Shown: piece after piece, positions 47,582-56,797 of the stretch | Layout: every line of letters starts with the position of its first letter | Position numbering within the stretch: position 1 is the stretch's first letter | Assembly: GCA_050633245.1 (NCBI GenBank) | Contig: JBOEGD010000009.1 | Coordinates: forward strand, 192,001 to 256,000 | Direction: 5' to 3' | Length of the DNA stretch: 64,000 nucleotides | From: Calditrichia bacterium | GTDB lineage: Bacteria; Calditrichota; Calditrichia; RBG-13-44-9; J075 | The notes under the pieces: model-generated | Told to the model about the DNA's origin: nothing | Seen by the model: only the letters and a program-made list of their open reading frames with translations | The model's database searches: none | Translations under genes and position numbers: made by a program

Positions 47582-49798
47582 TTAGTCCATAATCCGATGG
47601 ATGTGATTGAAGTAAATATCATCAATATCATGTATCGGACAATTTACCAGCGAGTTGATGGATAATGTATCTCCACCGACAGTTCCCAGCTTTGTCAGGG
47701 TGAGATCGGCAAAATGCTTTTCCACCCTGGCACAGTCCGCAGCAGCAACAGAAATCAGGAAACGCGATTGCGTTTCGCTGAACAAAAACCACTCCGGACG
47801 CAGACCAGCGAAATCGAGCGTGACGCTGGCGCCATGTTGATTCTGGCGGTTGCTGATACAGCTCTCCGCAAGAGCAACTGCAAGACCACCATCGGCAAGG
47901 TCATGACAAGATTGGATCATGCCATTGCGGATAGCCCTCAGCATTACCTGTTGCGTGCGATGTTCCAGCTCGAGATTTAGTGATGGACAATCGCCGGTTA
48001 TCTGATCGTAATATGTTTTCAGAAATTCGCTCCCGCCAATTTCTGACTTCGTTTCACCAAGAAGATAAATGGCGTCGCCGTTATTGCGAAAATAGGCTGG
48101 CGTCATATAGGAAACATCGTCGATAAGTCCGACCATGCCGATGGTTGGCGTAGGATAAACCGCACTGTCCGGACTTTCATTATAAAGACTCACGTTACCC
48201 CCGGTTACCGGCGTATTGAACGCACGACAAGCATCGCCCATGCCACCAACTGCTTCGCGGAACAAATAAAACATATCCGGTTTATGAGGATTACCGAAGT
48301 TCAGGCAATTTGTGATAGCCAGAGGCTCTGCGCCTGTTGCCACCACATTCCGTGCGGCCTCGGCTACGGCAATTTGTCCGCCCGTTCGCGGATTCAGATA
48401 CACATAGCGTCCATTACCATCCACCTTTGCGGCGAGCGCCTTATTGGTATTTTTCAGCCGGATGACTGCGGCATCTCCACCGGGATGAATTGCGGTATTG
48501 GTGCGCACCATGGTATCGTATTGTTCGTAGACCCAACGTCGCGAAACGATATTGGGTGAATTCAACACCGATTTCAAAGCGGCATTGTGGTCACTAACCG
48601 GCTCAAGACTATTAATATCGAAAGCCTGAACTTTGTCTAAATAATCTGGTCTTTTGTGCTCGCGATAATACACCGGAGCACCACCACCCAGAACGCAATC
48701 GTATGGCGGCACGTCTGCAACCTGCTTGCCTTTATGATAGATTTTCAACCGCGGATCATCGGTTACATGTCCGATTTCAGCACAGAGCAGATCCCATTTA
48801 TCGCAAATCGCTTTGGCCTCTTCCTCTCTGCCCGGCTTCAATACTGCAAGCATGCGTTCCTGCGATTCCGACAGCAGAATTTCGTAAGCCGTCATACCGG
48901 TTTCACGCGTGGGTACCTTGTCTAAGTCAATTAACATACCGCAGTTACCCTTGGCACTCATTTCCGTAGTAGAACAGGTAATTCCGGCAGCTCCCATATC
49001 CTGAATCCCAACGAGCACGCCAGCCTGAATCATTTCAAGTGTCGCTTCCAGCAGCAGCTTCTCGGCGAATGGATCACCGACCTGCACATTTGGGCGTTTG
49101 TCTTCAGAGTCTTCGGAAAGTTCTTCCGAAGCGAATGTCGCCCCATGAATTCCATCGCGACCGGTACGCGAACCGATGATCAGCACGGTATTTCCATCGC
49201 CTTCCGCAAGAGCAGAAGCGGTTTGATCGTGTTGTACGATTCCGACAGTCATTGCATTGACCAGTGGGTTAGTATCGTAACAGGGCTCGAAGTAGATTTC
49301 ACCGGCAACGGTGGGAATGCCAAGACAGTTGCCATAGTCGGCAATTCCACGAACCACGCCATCAAACAAAAAGCGATTACGCGGCTTATCAAGAGTTCCA
49401 AAACGCAGTGAGTTAAGCGCAGCGATAGGTCTTGCGCCCATCGTAAAAATATCGCGCATAATTCCGCCAACGCCGGTTGCAGCGCCCTGATAGGGTTCTA
49501 CGGCAGACGGGTGATTATGGCTTTCAATTTTGAAGCACACGGCCATTCCGTCACCAATATCTACCAAGCCGGCATTTTCTTCTCCGGCACCAACCAGCAG
49601 ACGACCACCATCGCGAGGTAGTTTTTTTAATTCGGCAATCGAATTCTTATATGAGCAGTGCTCACTCCACATTACAGAAAAAATGCCCAGCTCGGTAAGA
49701 TTCGGCATCCGACCGAGTATCTGCTGAATTTTTTCAAACTCTTCTTCATTGAGGCCATGTTCGATGGCAAGCTCGAGGGTAATTTGCGGTTCACGCAT
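47582..49798 (-). CDS. purL: Phosphoribosylformylglycinamidine synthase subunit PurL (small type)
   Basis: [51 protein letters not shown]. Confidence 0.97.
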   Translation of the reverse strand: MREPQITLELAIEHGLNEEEFEKIQQILGRMPNLTELGIFSVMWSEHCSYKNSIAELKKLPRDGGRLLVGAGEENAGLVDIGDGMAVCFKIESHNHPSAVEPYQGAATGVGGIMRDIFTMGARPIAALNSLRFGTLDKPRNRFLFDGVVRGIADYGNCLGIPTVAGEIYFEPCYDTNPLVNAMTVGIVQHDQTASALAEGDGNTVLIIGSRTGRDGIHGATFASEELSEDSEDKRPNVQVGDPFAEKLLLEATLEMIQAGVLVGIQDMGAAGITCSTTEMSAKGNCGMLIDLDKVPTRETGMTAYEILLSESQERMLAVLKPGREEEAKAICDKWDLLCAEIGHVTDDPRLKIYHKGKQVADVPPYDCVLGGGAPVYYREHKRPDYLDKVQAFDINSLEPVSDHNAALKSVLNSPNIVSRRWVYEQYDTMVRTNTAIHPGGDAAVIRLKNTNKALAAKVDGNGRYVYLNPRTGGQIAVAEAARNVVATGAEPLAITNCLNFGNPHKPDMFYLFREAVGGMGDACRAFNTPVTGGNVSLYNESPDSAVYPTPTIGMVGLIDDVSYMTPAYFRNNGDAIYLLGETKSEIGGSEFLKTYYDQITGDCPSLNLELEHRTQQVMLRAIRNGMIQSCHDLADGGLAVALAESCISNRQNQHGASVTLDFAGLRPEWFLFSETQSRFLISVAAADCARVEKHFADLTLTKLGTVGGDTLSINSLVNCPIHDIDDIYFNHIHRIMD

Positions 49799-49931
49799 TG
49801 GAAAAGACTCCGGGTTGGATAACAAAAACAATCTTTTTGGGCTGTAATTTAACAGCGCCTAATGATAAGCAAAAAACGAATGTCTTGCAATTGGAAGTAT
49901 AGACAATTTGTTGCCGGGGAAGGAAAAGAAT

Positions 49932-49962
49932 AAGGCCGCTATCCCGTTGGAATAACGGCCTT
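49932..49962. terminator. Hairpin after the alanine/glycine symporter gene
   Basis: AAGGCCG...CGGCCTT imperfect stem; T-rich tail on the minus strand. Confidence 0.55.
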
Positions 49963-49990
49963 GAAAGAAATGGCTGCCAAAGAAGTGATA

Positions 49991-51556
49991 TTAAACCTCT
50001 TTGATACGATCCTTCGTGATTTTTGCAACTATTCCACCAAGGAAAAGCAGTCCGATCAGGTTGGGTGCTGCCATCAGCGCATTACCGATATTCCCCAAAT
50101 GCCAAACAATATTCAGGTAGTCAGCGCTTTTGCCGGCCAGCGGAGTTAAAATTGCACCAAAAAAGAGGAATAGAATAAACACATACCGAAAAGGCATAAT
50201 AACACGATCGCCACCGAGGTATTCGATACACTTTTCGCCGTAATAAGACCAACCAAGCAGCGTTGTGTAGCCAAAGAGGAAGGATGCGAAGGCAATAATT
50301 GCGCCTCCAAAGGGAATCACCTCTGCAAAAGCGGTTTGCGTTACTTCGATTCCGGTAATACTACCTTGGCCGGTTCCTGTCCAGGCCTTGGTATAGGTAT
50401 AAGCACCGGTTAGAACAATCGTTAGGGTTGTCATGGTGTTTACCAGAATGGTATCGATAAATACACCTGTCATTGCAATAAGACCATTGCGAGTAGGCTC
50501 TTCCGAATTAGAAGCTCCCTGTGCAATAGCCGCGGTTCCGAGACCAGCCTCATTAGACAAAAGTCCCCGGCTAACCCCGTTTTGTATCGCCATCCCAACA
50601 GTTGCTCCGGCAAGGGGCTGTAATCCAAATGCCGAACTGAAAATTATTCCAAATGCCTCCGGAACACGACTAATATTTGCAATAATGACTATAAGTGCAC
50701 AGCCGATGTAGAAAAAAATCATGGTGGGCACCAGTCTTTCGGATACCTTACCAATTTTTTTGATTCCGCCGATAATAACCATCCCTACCAGAACCGCAAT
50801 GGCCGCTCCTATAAGAAGATAGTAATAAACCGGTGCTTGTTCGCCGGCTCCGCCACCATGTAGCGTGTTAGCCAACGATTCGGTCATAGAGTTGGACTGT
50901 GCCATATTTCCGGTACCGATAAGGCAGGCAATCACCCCACAAATGGCAAAGGCAGCTCCGAGAAAGCTGCCGAGTTTTTTATTTTTCAGACCGTTTTTCA
51001 CATAGTACATGGGTCCACCGGCCATTGAACCGTTTGGTGCAATTTCCCGATAGTGGACTCCCAGAAACCCTTCTGCATATTTAGTAGCCATACCAAAGAT
51101 TCCGGCAATCCACATATAGACCGGAGCACCGGGTCCGCCGATCGCAATTGCTGTTGCGACTCCGGCAATATTACCATTTCCGACAGTCGCAGCCAGAGCT
51201 GTCATCAGCGCGGCAAAAGGAGAAATATCGCCCTTGCCTCCTCCTTCACGCGACTCTTTATCAAAAATCAATTTAAGGGATTTTGTGAAATAACTAAACT
51301 GGATACCGCGCAGAACAAACGTCAATAAGATACCGGTTCCAATAAGCAGGAAAATCATTGGAAGCCCCCAGAACAAACTGTCCAGTTCACCCGTTACACG
51401 TAGAACCGTATCAAAAAAGGTGCCTTCACCATCCGGGTTGAATGCCAGAGCGCCCATGCCTTCACTAGTCGCAGCCTGAATTGAACCGAATGGTACCGTC
51501 GCTAAGATTGACAACTGAACAAGAAAAAGCGTCAAACATTTGTTAAGAAGGTGCAT
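49991..51556 (-). CDS. Alanine/glycine:cation symporter (AGCS family)
   Basis: ALAATVGNGNIAGVA, GGPGA, GGPMYY, SNEAGLG, LMAAPNLIG. Confidence 0.95.
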   Translation of the reverse strand: MHLLNKCLTLFLVQLSILATVPFGSIQAATSEGMGALAFNPDGEGTFFDTVLRVTGELDSLFWGLPMIFLLIGTGILLTFVLRGIQFSYFTKSLKLIFDKESREGGGKGDISPFAALMTALAATVGNGNIAGVATAIAIGGPGAPVYMWIAGIFGMATKYAEGFLGVHYREIAPNGSMAGGPMYYVKNGLKNKKLGSFLGAAFAICGVIACLIGTGNMAQSNSMTESLANTLHGGGAGEQAPVYYYLLIGAAIAVLVGMVIIGGIKKIGKVSERLVPTMIFFYIGCALIVIIANISRVPEAFGIIFSSAFGLQPLAGATVGMAIQNGVSRGLLSNEAGLGTAAIAQGASNSEEPTRNGLIAMTGVFIDTILVNTMTTLTIVLTGAYTYTKAWTGTGQGSITGIEVTQTAFAEVIPFGGAIIAFASFLFGYTTLLGWSYYGEKCIEYLGGDRVIMPFRYVFILFLFFGAILTPLAGKSADYLNIVWHLGNIGNALMAAPNLIGLLFLGGIVAKITKDRIKEV

Positions 51557-51620
51557 ATGAAATCCTTTGCTTTTTAGTTATGGTGAGCAAATATAGTGAA
51601 AGGCATAAGATTATCAAAGA

Positions 51621-51849
51621 GTAGATCGCTCACCGCTTTGCGGATCGCTGGTAGGTCATCTCGCGAAGCTCGATTCGTAGGGGGTGGGACGCTCACCGCT
51701 TTGCGGATCGCTGGTAGGTCATCTCGCGAAGCTCGACTGGTAGGAGGTAACATTTTTTACTACCAGCGAACGCAGTGAGCAACCTACTAATTACCAGCAA
51801 ACGCAGTGAGCGTCCTATCCCCTACCAGCGAACGCAGTGAGCGTCCTAC
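51621..51849. repeat. BIME/REP-like mosaic repeat
   Basis: Two identical 47-bp units (51627-51673, 51690-51736), then three ~27-bp units TACCAGC(G/A)AACGCAGTGAGC..CCTA at 51761, 51792 and 51823 in inverted orientation. Confidence 0.8.
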
Positions 51850-51940
51850 TCACTATTAACTTGTTTTCATAAGAATTTTAGTCTAATTTTGAACTCTATG
51901 AGACAGCACGTCGTATATATAAGTGCCAGATCTTTGACAT

Positions 51941-52308
51941 GGGGACGAAACGGCTTCGACGGTTTGTGAAGAAGGGTGAAGCTGCATGCCGGGATTTCTC
52001 GATAGCCCGCAATTAGCGAGAAACGGTTATAATTGCCGATAATAATTATGCAATGGCTGCCTAGTTTTAACTAACTAGCAGTGGCCCGTCTACCAGATCC
52101 AGTACCTGTAATGGTGAAGGATAGACGCCGATATGAACAGGTCGGTCTGTCAAGTTGTTCGGGCGCGGCAGGACGTAACATCCGAAATCGCCGCAGGTAG
52201 GCTCGCCGAACTGCCTATCCGCGGTTAAACCCAAGCGTTTGGCTAAGCATGTAGAGGTTTTATCAATCTCCTTATCGGACCCGGGTTCGACTCCCGGCGT
52301 CTCCACAA
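51941..52308 (+). ncRNA. ssrA: tmRNA; tag peptide (A)ADNNYAMAA
   Basis: 5' GGGGACG pairs with 3' CGTCTCC-A, including the G3-U pair. TTCGAC near the 5' end, T-arm CCGGG-TTCGACT-CCCGG. Tag ORF GCC GAT AAT AAT TAT GCA ATG GCT GCC TAG at 52035-52064. Confidence 0.96.
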
Positions 52309-52310
52309 TT

Positions 52311-52347
52311 AAAGGCCCCCGTTCCAGATGGAACGGGGGCCTTTTTT
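52311..52347. terminator. Bidirectional terminator between ssrA and the convergent gene
   Basis: AAAGGCCCCCGTTCCA-GA-TGGAACGGGGGCCTTTTTT. Confidence 0.9.
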
Positions 52348-52375
52348 AATACATCAGAATTAAAATTTCAGGAGC

Positions 52376-54967
52376 TTATTGTAACAGGATCATCTTTCGC
52401 GACTGCATAAAGTCCCCTGCTTCAAGCTGATAAAAATAAATACCAGAACTCACAGGTTGTCCATTAGCAGTCATTCCATTCCAGTCTACCTTATACTGAC
52501 CGGCATTCTGTTCCTCATCAACTAATCGAACAACTTCTCTACCCAGGGTGTCGAAAATACGCAGCGTTACTGCTTCACGCTGTTTCAAACCATAGCGAAT
52601 ACTTGTTGAGGGATTAAAGGGATTCGGAAAATTCTGAGCCAATGAGAATTCCTCAGGAACAATCCCGGGCTCTTCTTCCAGCCCGACAACAATGAGTGAG
52701 AGGATATTAGAGCGCTCACTTTGCCCTTCCGGGTAAATACCCGTTACAAAGTAGCGATACCATTCTCCTGAGATTCCGGAATTATCGGAATACCCCAACT
52801 CTTCGGCACCCACCTGGGCATGAAGTGCAAATGGGCCGTTTAAGTCGGCACGATAGATATTATATCCGATTATCTCTTTACTCTGCCCACTCAACTCCAC
52901 CAGGCGCGCCTCCGGACCAACCCCCTCAACCACCAGCGCCCTGATAAGTATGTTATTATCAAAACTGGCGTTAATACTGGCAAAGGTTCTCCATGGAAAT
53001 CCAATTGATGGTGCATTAATCCAGGCTCGCTGCACCGATGGAGAAGATGTATCCCAATTTATTGCAATTCCATCGCTGATACCTTCGGTAAAAGAGATAA
53101 AAAAGTCATCAGATGAAATTTCAACAGCCTGTCCAAGATCAATTATTTGGAAGCCGCCCCGCTCAATGGTTATCTGATCGGTTGCAAGCTGAGTCTGTGG
53201 TCCAGATGCATTGCCAGTCCAAACACCCCAATCGGTTACAATAGTTGGATTTACGAGTAGAGAATCGCCAAACGAGACCTTTATACCCAGCACTCTTGCC
53301 GGATAGACTGTGGGAGTAAATCGTACGGCGATTTCGCCACCAGCCGTTCCTCCGATACTAATATCGCCTTCGGCTGTTCCGTCGTCATAAGATAGTTCCG
53401 TCGTAGCAATAGACAATGGTTGTTCCCAGGTTAAGTCGACTTGCCCCGAGCCACTTGAAGCATCAAAGTTTCGCGGAGTTCCAAGAATTGGCGAAAGGCT
53501 ATCCGGAGAAATAATTTGCCCACGAAGTTCTCCCTGGGGATGAGCAGAGGAAGCCAACTCAACGTAAAGTTCATTCCGAAAAAGTGCTTCAACAAGTAAT
53601 GGGGTAAGGGGTTCGCTATCAGTGGAGCGCCACACTCCGCTGGCATTTCCTAAGATGAAATCAGTAATACCCCGCACAACAGAACCCGCTTCACCTGCTT
53701 TACCAAGGTAGATTGCAGCACTTGTCAGGGAATCAGACAGGTTTTCAAACAAAATATTGTAGGTAAGGCTTGTTGAATCATCACTAAGCTCGAAGAATGC
53801 TTCGCCGCTGCCGGCAGACTCATTCGGCGGGACAACATTCGTATTCGAAAGTCTGGCAGCAAAGCTTGCAGCAGGGATATCGATATCAAATGTCTGATTT
53901 TTGATGCGCTGCCACTGCCTAATGGCAGCCCGCCCATTAAACTTAAATTCGTCGACCGTTGCCCCCCCGGCAATAGCATAGCCAACAATAATGGTGCCAT
54001 TCGCAGGTATATTATATGGCCCAAGGCCAAACACAATACTCTTATCCGCCGGTCCAACAGGATCACCGAACGGATCGTTAACTCGCCTTTGAGTCATGTA
54101 TGCGTATTTATTGGCTTCGGTGAGAGAGGCAGCACCTGACGGGAAAATTTCAGTGGTATTATCGGCAATCCGGGAGGCCCAAAATTCGGCCTGACTTAGT
54201 GGTACAACCCCCAAATATGGTGTGGGCGAAGAACTATCGTACAGATATGGAAACTCGACCAGAAAAAGAGAGTCCCCGTTAGATGTCGGTATACTTACAC
54301 TATCAAAATCTACCTGGCCGGTATTTGAAGTAAAGGTATTAATATCCCAATCCATAAAAGCCCCGACAGCAACATTTGTTAGAGGAGCATTTCCCGTATT
54401 GGTAATTTGATATTTCAAGATTAAATAGCCCTGGTTTCCCAATACATTGTAAGAATAGGACGATTGGGTAATCTCAAGCCCAATCGGAGTATTTGGCCCA
54501 TCATCGGCGAGTGGATCTAGCAAAACACCCGAGTCGTTGAATTTTGTAGCATAGACTGTCGAGTCAATATGGGCAGAAATTTCTAAAATCGGACTCAGCG
54601 CAAAAAAATCTGCATCCAGTACATTTTGTGATCCCCCAATAATAACTCTGGAGGCATCCACAACATGGTCAGGGGCAATCCCGATCATCAAACCTGCTTC
54701 AAATAATTGATTACTTCCTAACGGCCATTCGAATCCGGGAATTCCCCCATATTCGTTTAACATGCCAATCGTACCTTCATTTGTTATTGCAGTACGAAAG
54801 TTTCCTGTTTGGTGCTCCGCCAACTCTTCGGTTAAGCTTCTTTTATGCAAGCCTAGTTTTGCAGACTTATCACTCCCTTTTGCAATCAGAAAAAGAGGAG
54901 TTAACAGGAACATTAATAAAAAACTCATAACCAAAATTCTGAACGGCTGAAGAGATAATCTTTGCAT
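52376..54967 (-). CDS. Large secreted protein with CHRD domain, split FN3-like domain and C-terminal sorting/FlgD-like domain
   Basis: Signal peptide; CHRD ARLSNTNVVPP...GSGEA...LYVELASSAHPQGELRGQI; VDLTWEQP...GYNIYR...YFVTG; QNFPNPFNP tail. AAGGAG before ATG 54967. Confidence 0.8.
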   Translation of the reverse strand: MQRLSLQPFRILVMSFLLMFLLTPLFLIAKGSDKSAKLGLHKRSLTEELAEHQTGNFRTAITNEGTIGMLNEYGGIPGFEWPLGSNQLFEAGLMIGIAPDHVVDASRVIIGGSQNVLDADFFALSPILEISAHIDSTVYATKFNDSGVLLDPLADDGPNTPIGLEITQSSYSYNVLGNQGYLILKYQITNTGNAPLTNVAVGAFMDWDINTFTSNTGQVDFDSVSIPTSNGDSLFLVEFPYLYDSSSPTPYLGVVPLSQAEFWASRIADNTTEIFPSGAASLTEANKYAYMTQRRVNDPFGDPVGPADKSIVFGLGPYNIPANGTIIVGYAIAGGATVDEFKFNGRAAIRQWQRIKNQTFDIDIPAASFAARLSNTNVVPPNESAGSGEAFFELSDDSTSLTYNILFENLSDSLTSAAIYLGKAGEAGSVVRGITDFILGNASGVWRSTDSEPLTPLLVEALFRNELYVELASSAHPQGELRGQIISPDSLSPILGTPRNFDASSGSGQVDLTWEQPLSIATTELSYDDGTAEGDISIGGTAGGEIAVRFTPTVYPARVLGIKVSFGDSLLVNPTIVTDWGVWTGNASGPQTQLATDQITIERGGFQIIDLGQAVEISSDDFFISFTEGISDGIAINWDTSSPSVQRAWINAPSIGFPWRTFASINASFDNNILIRALVVEGVGPEARLVELSGQSKEIIGYNIYRADLNGPFALHAQVGAEELGYSDNSGISGEWYRYFVTGIYPEGQSERSNILSLIVVGLEEEPGIVPEEFSLAQNFPNPFNPSTSIRYGLKQREAVTLRIFDTLGREVVRLVDEEQNAGQYKVDWNGMTANGQPVSSGIYFYQLEAGDFMQSRKMILLQ

Positions 54968-55148
54968 AAGGCTCTCCTTGAGGCAGTCATCTAATGTATA
55001 TGTGGGATAAGACATGCGCGATCTTCAGATTGACAGAACACATCCGAGTCAAAACACATTTCTGTTTGGGAGGTATTTCAAAATGATACAATTCTGCTGG
55101 ATATGCAAGATTCAATTATTTATTGCTGAGTGTATTAAATGTTAGCAT

Positions 55149-55191
55149 AAAAAAGGCAGCTCGTTTGTATTTCCAAAACGGCGGCCTTTTT
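55149..55191. terminator. Probable terminator at the end of the polysaccharide operon
   Basis: AAAAAAGGC...GCCTTTTT imperfect hairpin with A/T flanks. Confidence 0.55.
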
Positions 55192-55255
55192 GTTGATAAG
55201 GTATTCCATCTGCAATACATATGCGGAAGAATATGTTACTTCAAAAATTGTGCTT

Positions 55256-56797
55256 TTACAATGAACCTCCCAGCTCCCCATTGGCTTTGCGAAATGGCCT
55301 GACAAGCATCTCCCAAAACACGTTAAAGAACAGTAGCAAATCGCCTCGAAAAGATCGAGTTCGCAGATAATATCGTTCCGATACCTCGCGCTCCAGCGGG
55401 TCGGGATTGCGAATGCCATCAGCATCCCAAAGTTGAAAAAGGCCGGTTGGACAGGTACTGCGTTCGGTTTTCCACTTCTCGGACAATGTCTCGTATTCCT
55501 CCTTTTTAAGCGGAGCTACACCAATCAGGCGAATGTCGCCGCAAACGACATTCCAGAGCCCGGGCAATCGGTCTAACAACGTTACCCCTCCCGATGACAA
55601 ATATAAATTCACATAGGTTGGATGAATCGTACCATCAAGATCGTGTTTCACCCGCGTGCTGGTGCGGCGCAGTCGAGAGAGCGTCCGCCTTCCCTGTACA
55701 GTACGAATAAGTATATCTCCTATAATGACCACGCTAAAAAGAATCAGCATAAACAGTGCAATAAACCCGTGAACGAATCTTGCAAGATAATTGGCATACC
55801 AAGATATCTTTACGTCGCCAAGCATAAACTGATCGTGAATAAGTGTTTGAACTTTTGCCGGCATGCTCACAAGACTTTTTTTGTTTACAATTGCATCGTG
55901 GATATCTACATCGCAGCCGATATAAGAATCACGCATAATTGTGCTGGATAAGACCGAGCTGTTGCTGTCAACAACCACATTGTTTCCAATTACGCTCCCA
56001 CAGCCAAGATGTACGCCCCGTTCGATAGACACATTATTGCCGATAATTAACGGCGGCTCCAACCTTACAGAAGGATGGATTCTGGTATTCATTCCAACCC
56101 ATACATCATCTTCAAGCTGCCATCCTTCCAGGCGAAAGCCTTTCCTGGCAAGAAGTGAAATATCACACTGTAATTCCCATAACCGGTCTAATGAGCTAAT
56201 ATACCAAAACACCGAGCTGCTACGATGAAAGCAAACACGCAAACCACTGTTTTGCATGCTCTCAATCAGGTCACTTAAAGTACAGTCCTGCACCTTTTCG
56301 CGAATGAACTTCTGTGCTTTAGAAGAAAGAATCAGCACAGGAAATGGCTCAATAGACAACAGCTCCAGCGGTTGAACGCCGCTTGTATCATTTTCTGAAC
56401 TTGGCACCGAAATGGTAATATCAGCTTGCATCGAGCAATGTCGATCCATGAGCTCTTTCAGATGCAATGACGTAAGTAGACGTGCCGGGGCACAAACAAG
56501 CCCCTCTTCTGATTCGTCTGAATAAAAACGCAATGCACTAACTAAATCCAGCTTGTCGCGGCTAATTGCATATGAGACATTGCACCCCCACCGCTCCCCG
56601 CGCTTCAGATAGCGACGCGTTTCGTAAGGCATGTGCCTAACAATCAGCTTAATATCAGTAATGCCATGATCGTACAGCCACTCGAATTGATAGGTCAGAA
56701 TCGGTTTGTTTCCGACAGGCAAAAGTAGCTCCGGGAACCAATTCCTGGCTGGTTCAAACCTCGATAGATCACCCGTGGGAATTATGAATGCTTTCAT
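55256..56797 (-). CDS. Fusion of a degenerate sugar-phosphate nucleotidyltransferase + hexapeptide (LbH) domain and a degenerate Bac_transf phosphoglycosyltransferase
   Basis: LLPVGNKPIL, hexapeptide region VWVGMNTRIHPSVRLEPPLIIGNNV, C-terminal LPGLWNVVCGDIRLIG...PTGL. Confidence 0.78.
   Translation of the reverse strand: MKAFIIPTGDLSRFEPARNWFPELLLPVGNKPILTYQFEWLYDHGITDIKLIVRHMPYETRRYLKRGERWGCNVSYAISRDKLDLVSALRFYSDESEEGLVCAPARLLTSLHLKELMDRHCSMQADITISVPSSENDTSGVQPLELLSIEPFPVLILSSKAQKFIREKVQDCTLSDLIESMQNSGLRVCFHRSSSVFWYISSLDRLWELQCDISLLARKGFRLEGWQLEDDVWVGMNTRIHPSVRLEPPLIIGNNVSIERGVHLGCGSVIGNNVVVDSNSSVLSSTIMRDSYIGCDVDIHDAIVNKKSLVSMPAKVQTLIHDQFMLGDVKISWYANYLARFVHGFIALFMLILFSVVIIGDILIRTVQGRRTLSRLRRTSTRVKHDLDGTIHPTYVNLYLSSGGVTLLDRLPGLWNVVCGDIRLIGVAPLKKEEYETLSEKWKTERSTCPTGLFQLWDADGIRNPDPLEREVSERYYLRTRSFRGDLLLFFNVFWEMLVRPFRKANGELGGSL

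Noticed and set aside
51557-51620. Glycine riboswitch upstream of the alanine/glycine symporter
   Set aside because: No aptamer motifs recognised; the region is short and then occupied by repeats.
51621-51849. CRISPR array
   Set aside because: No unique spacers of regular length, mixed unit types in inverted orientation, and no cas genes.
51596-52306. ORFs 51596-51778 (+) and 52067-52306 (-)
   Set aside because: They are translations of the repeat element and of the tmRNA antisense strand.
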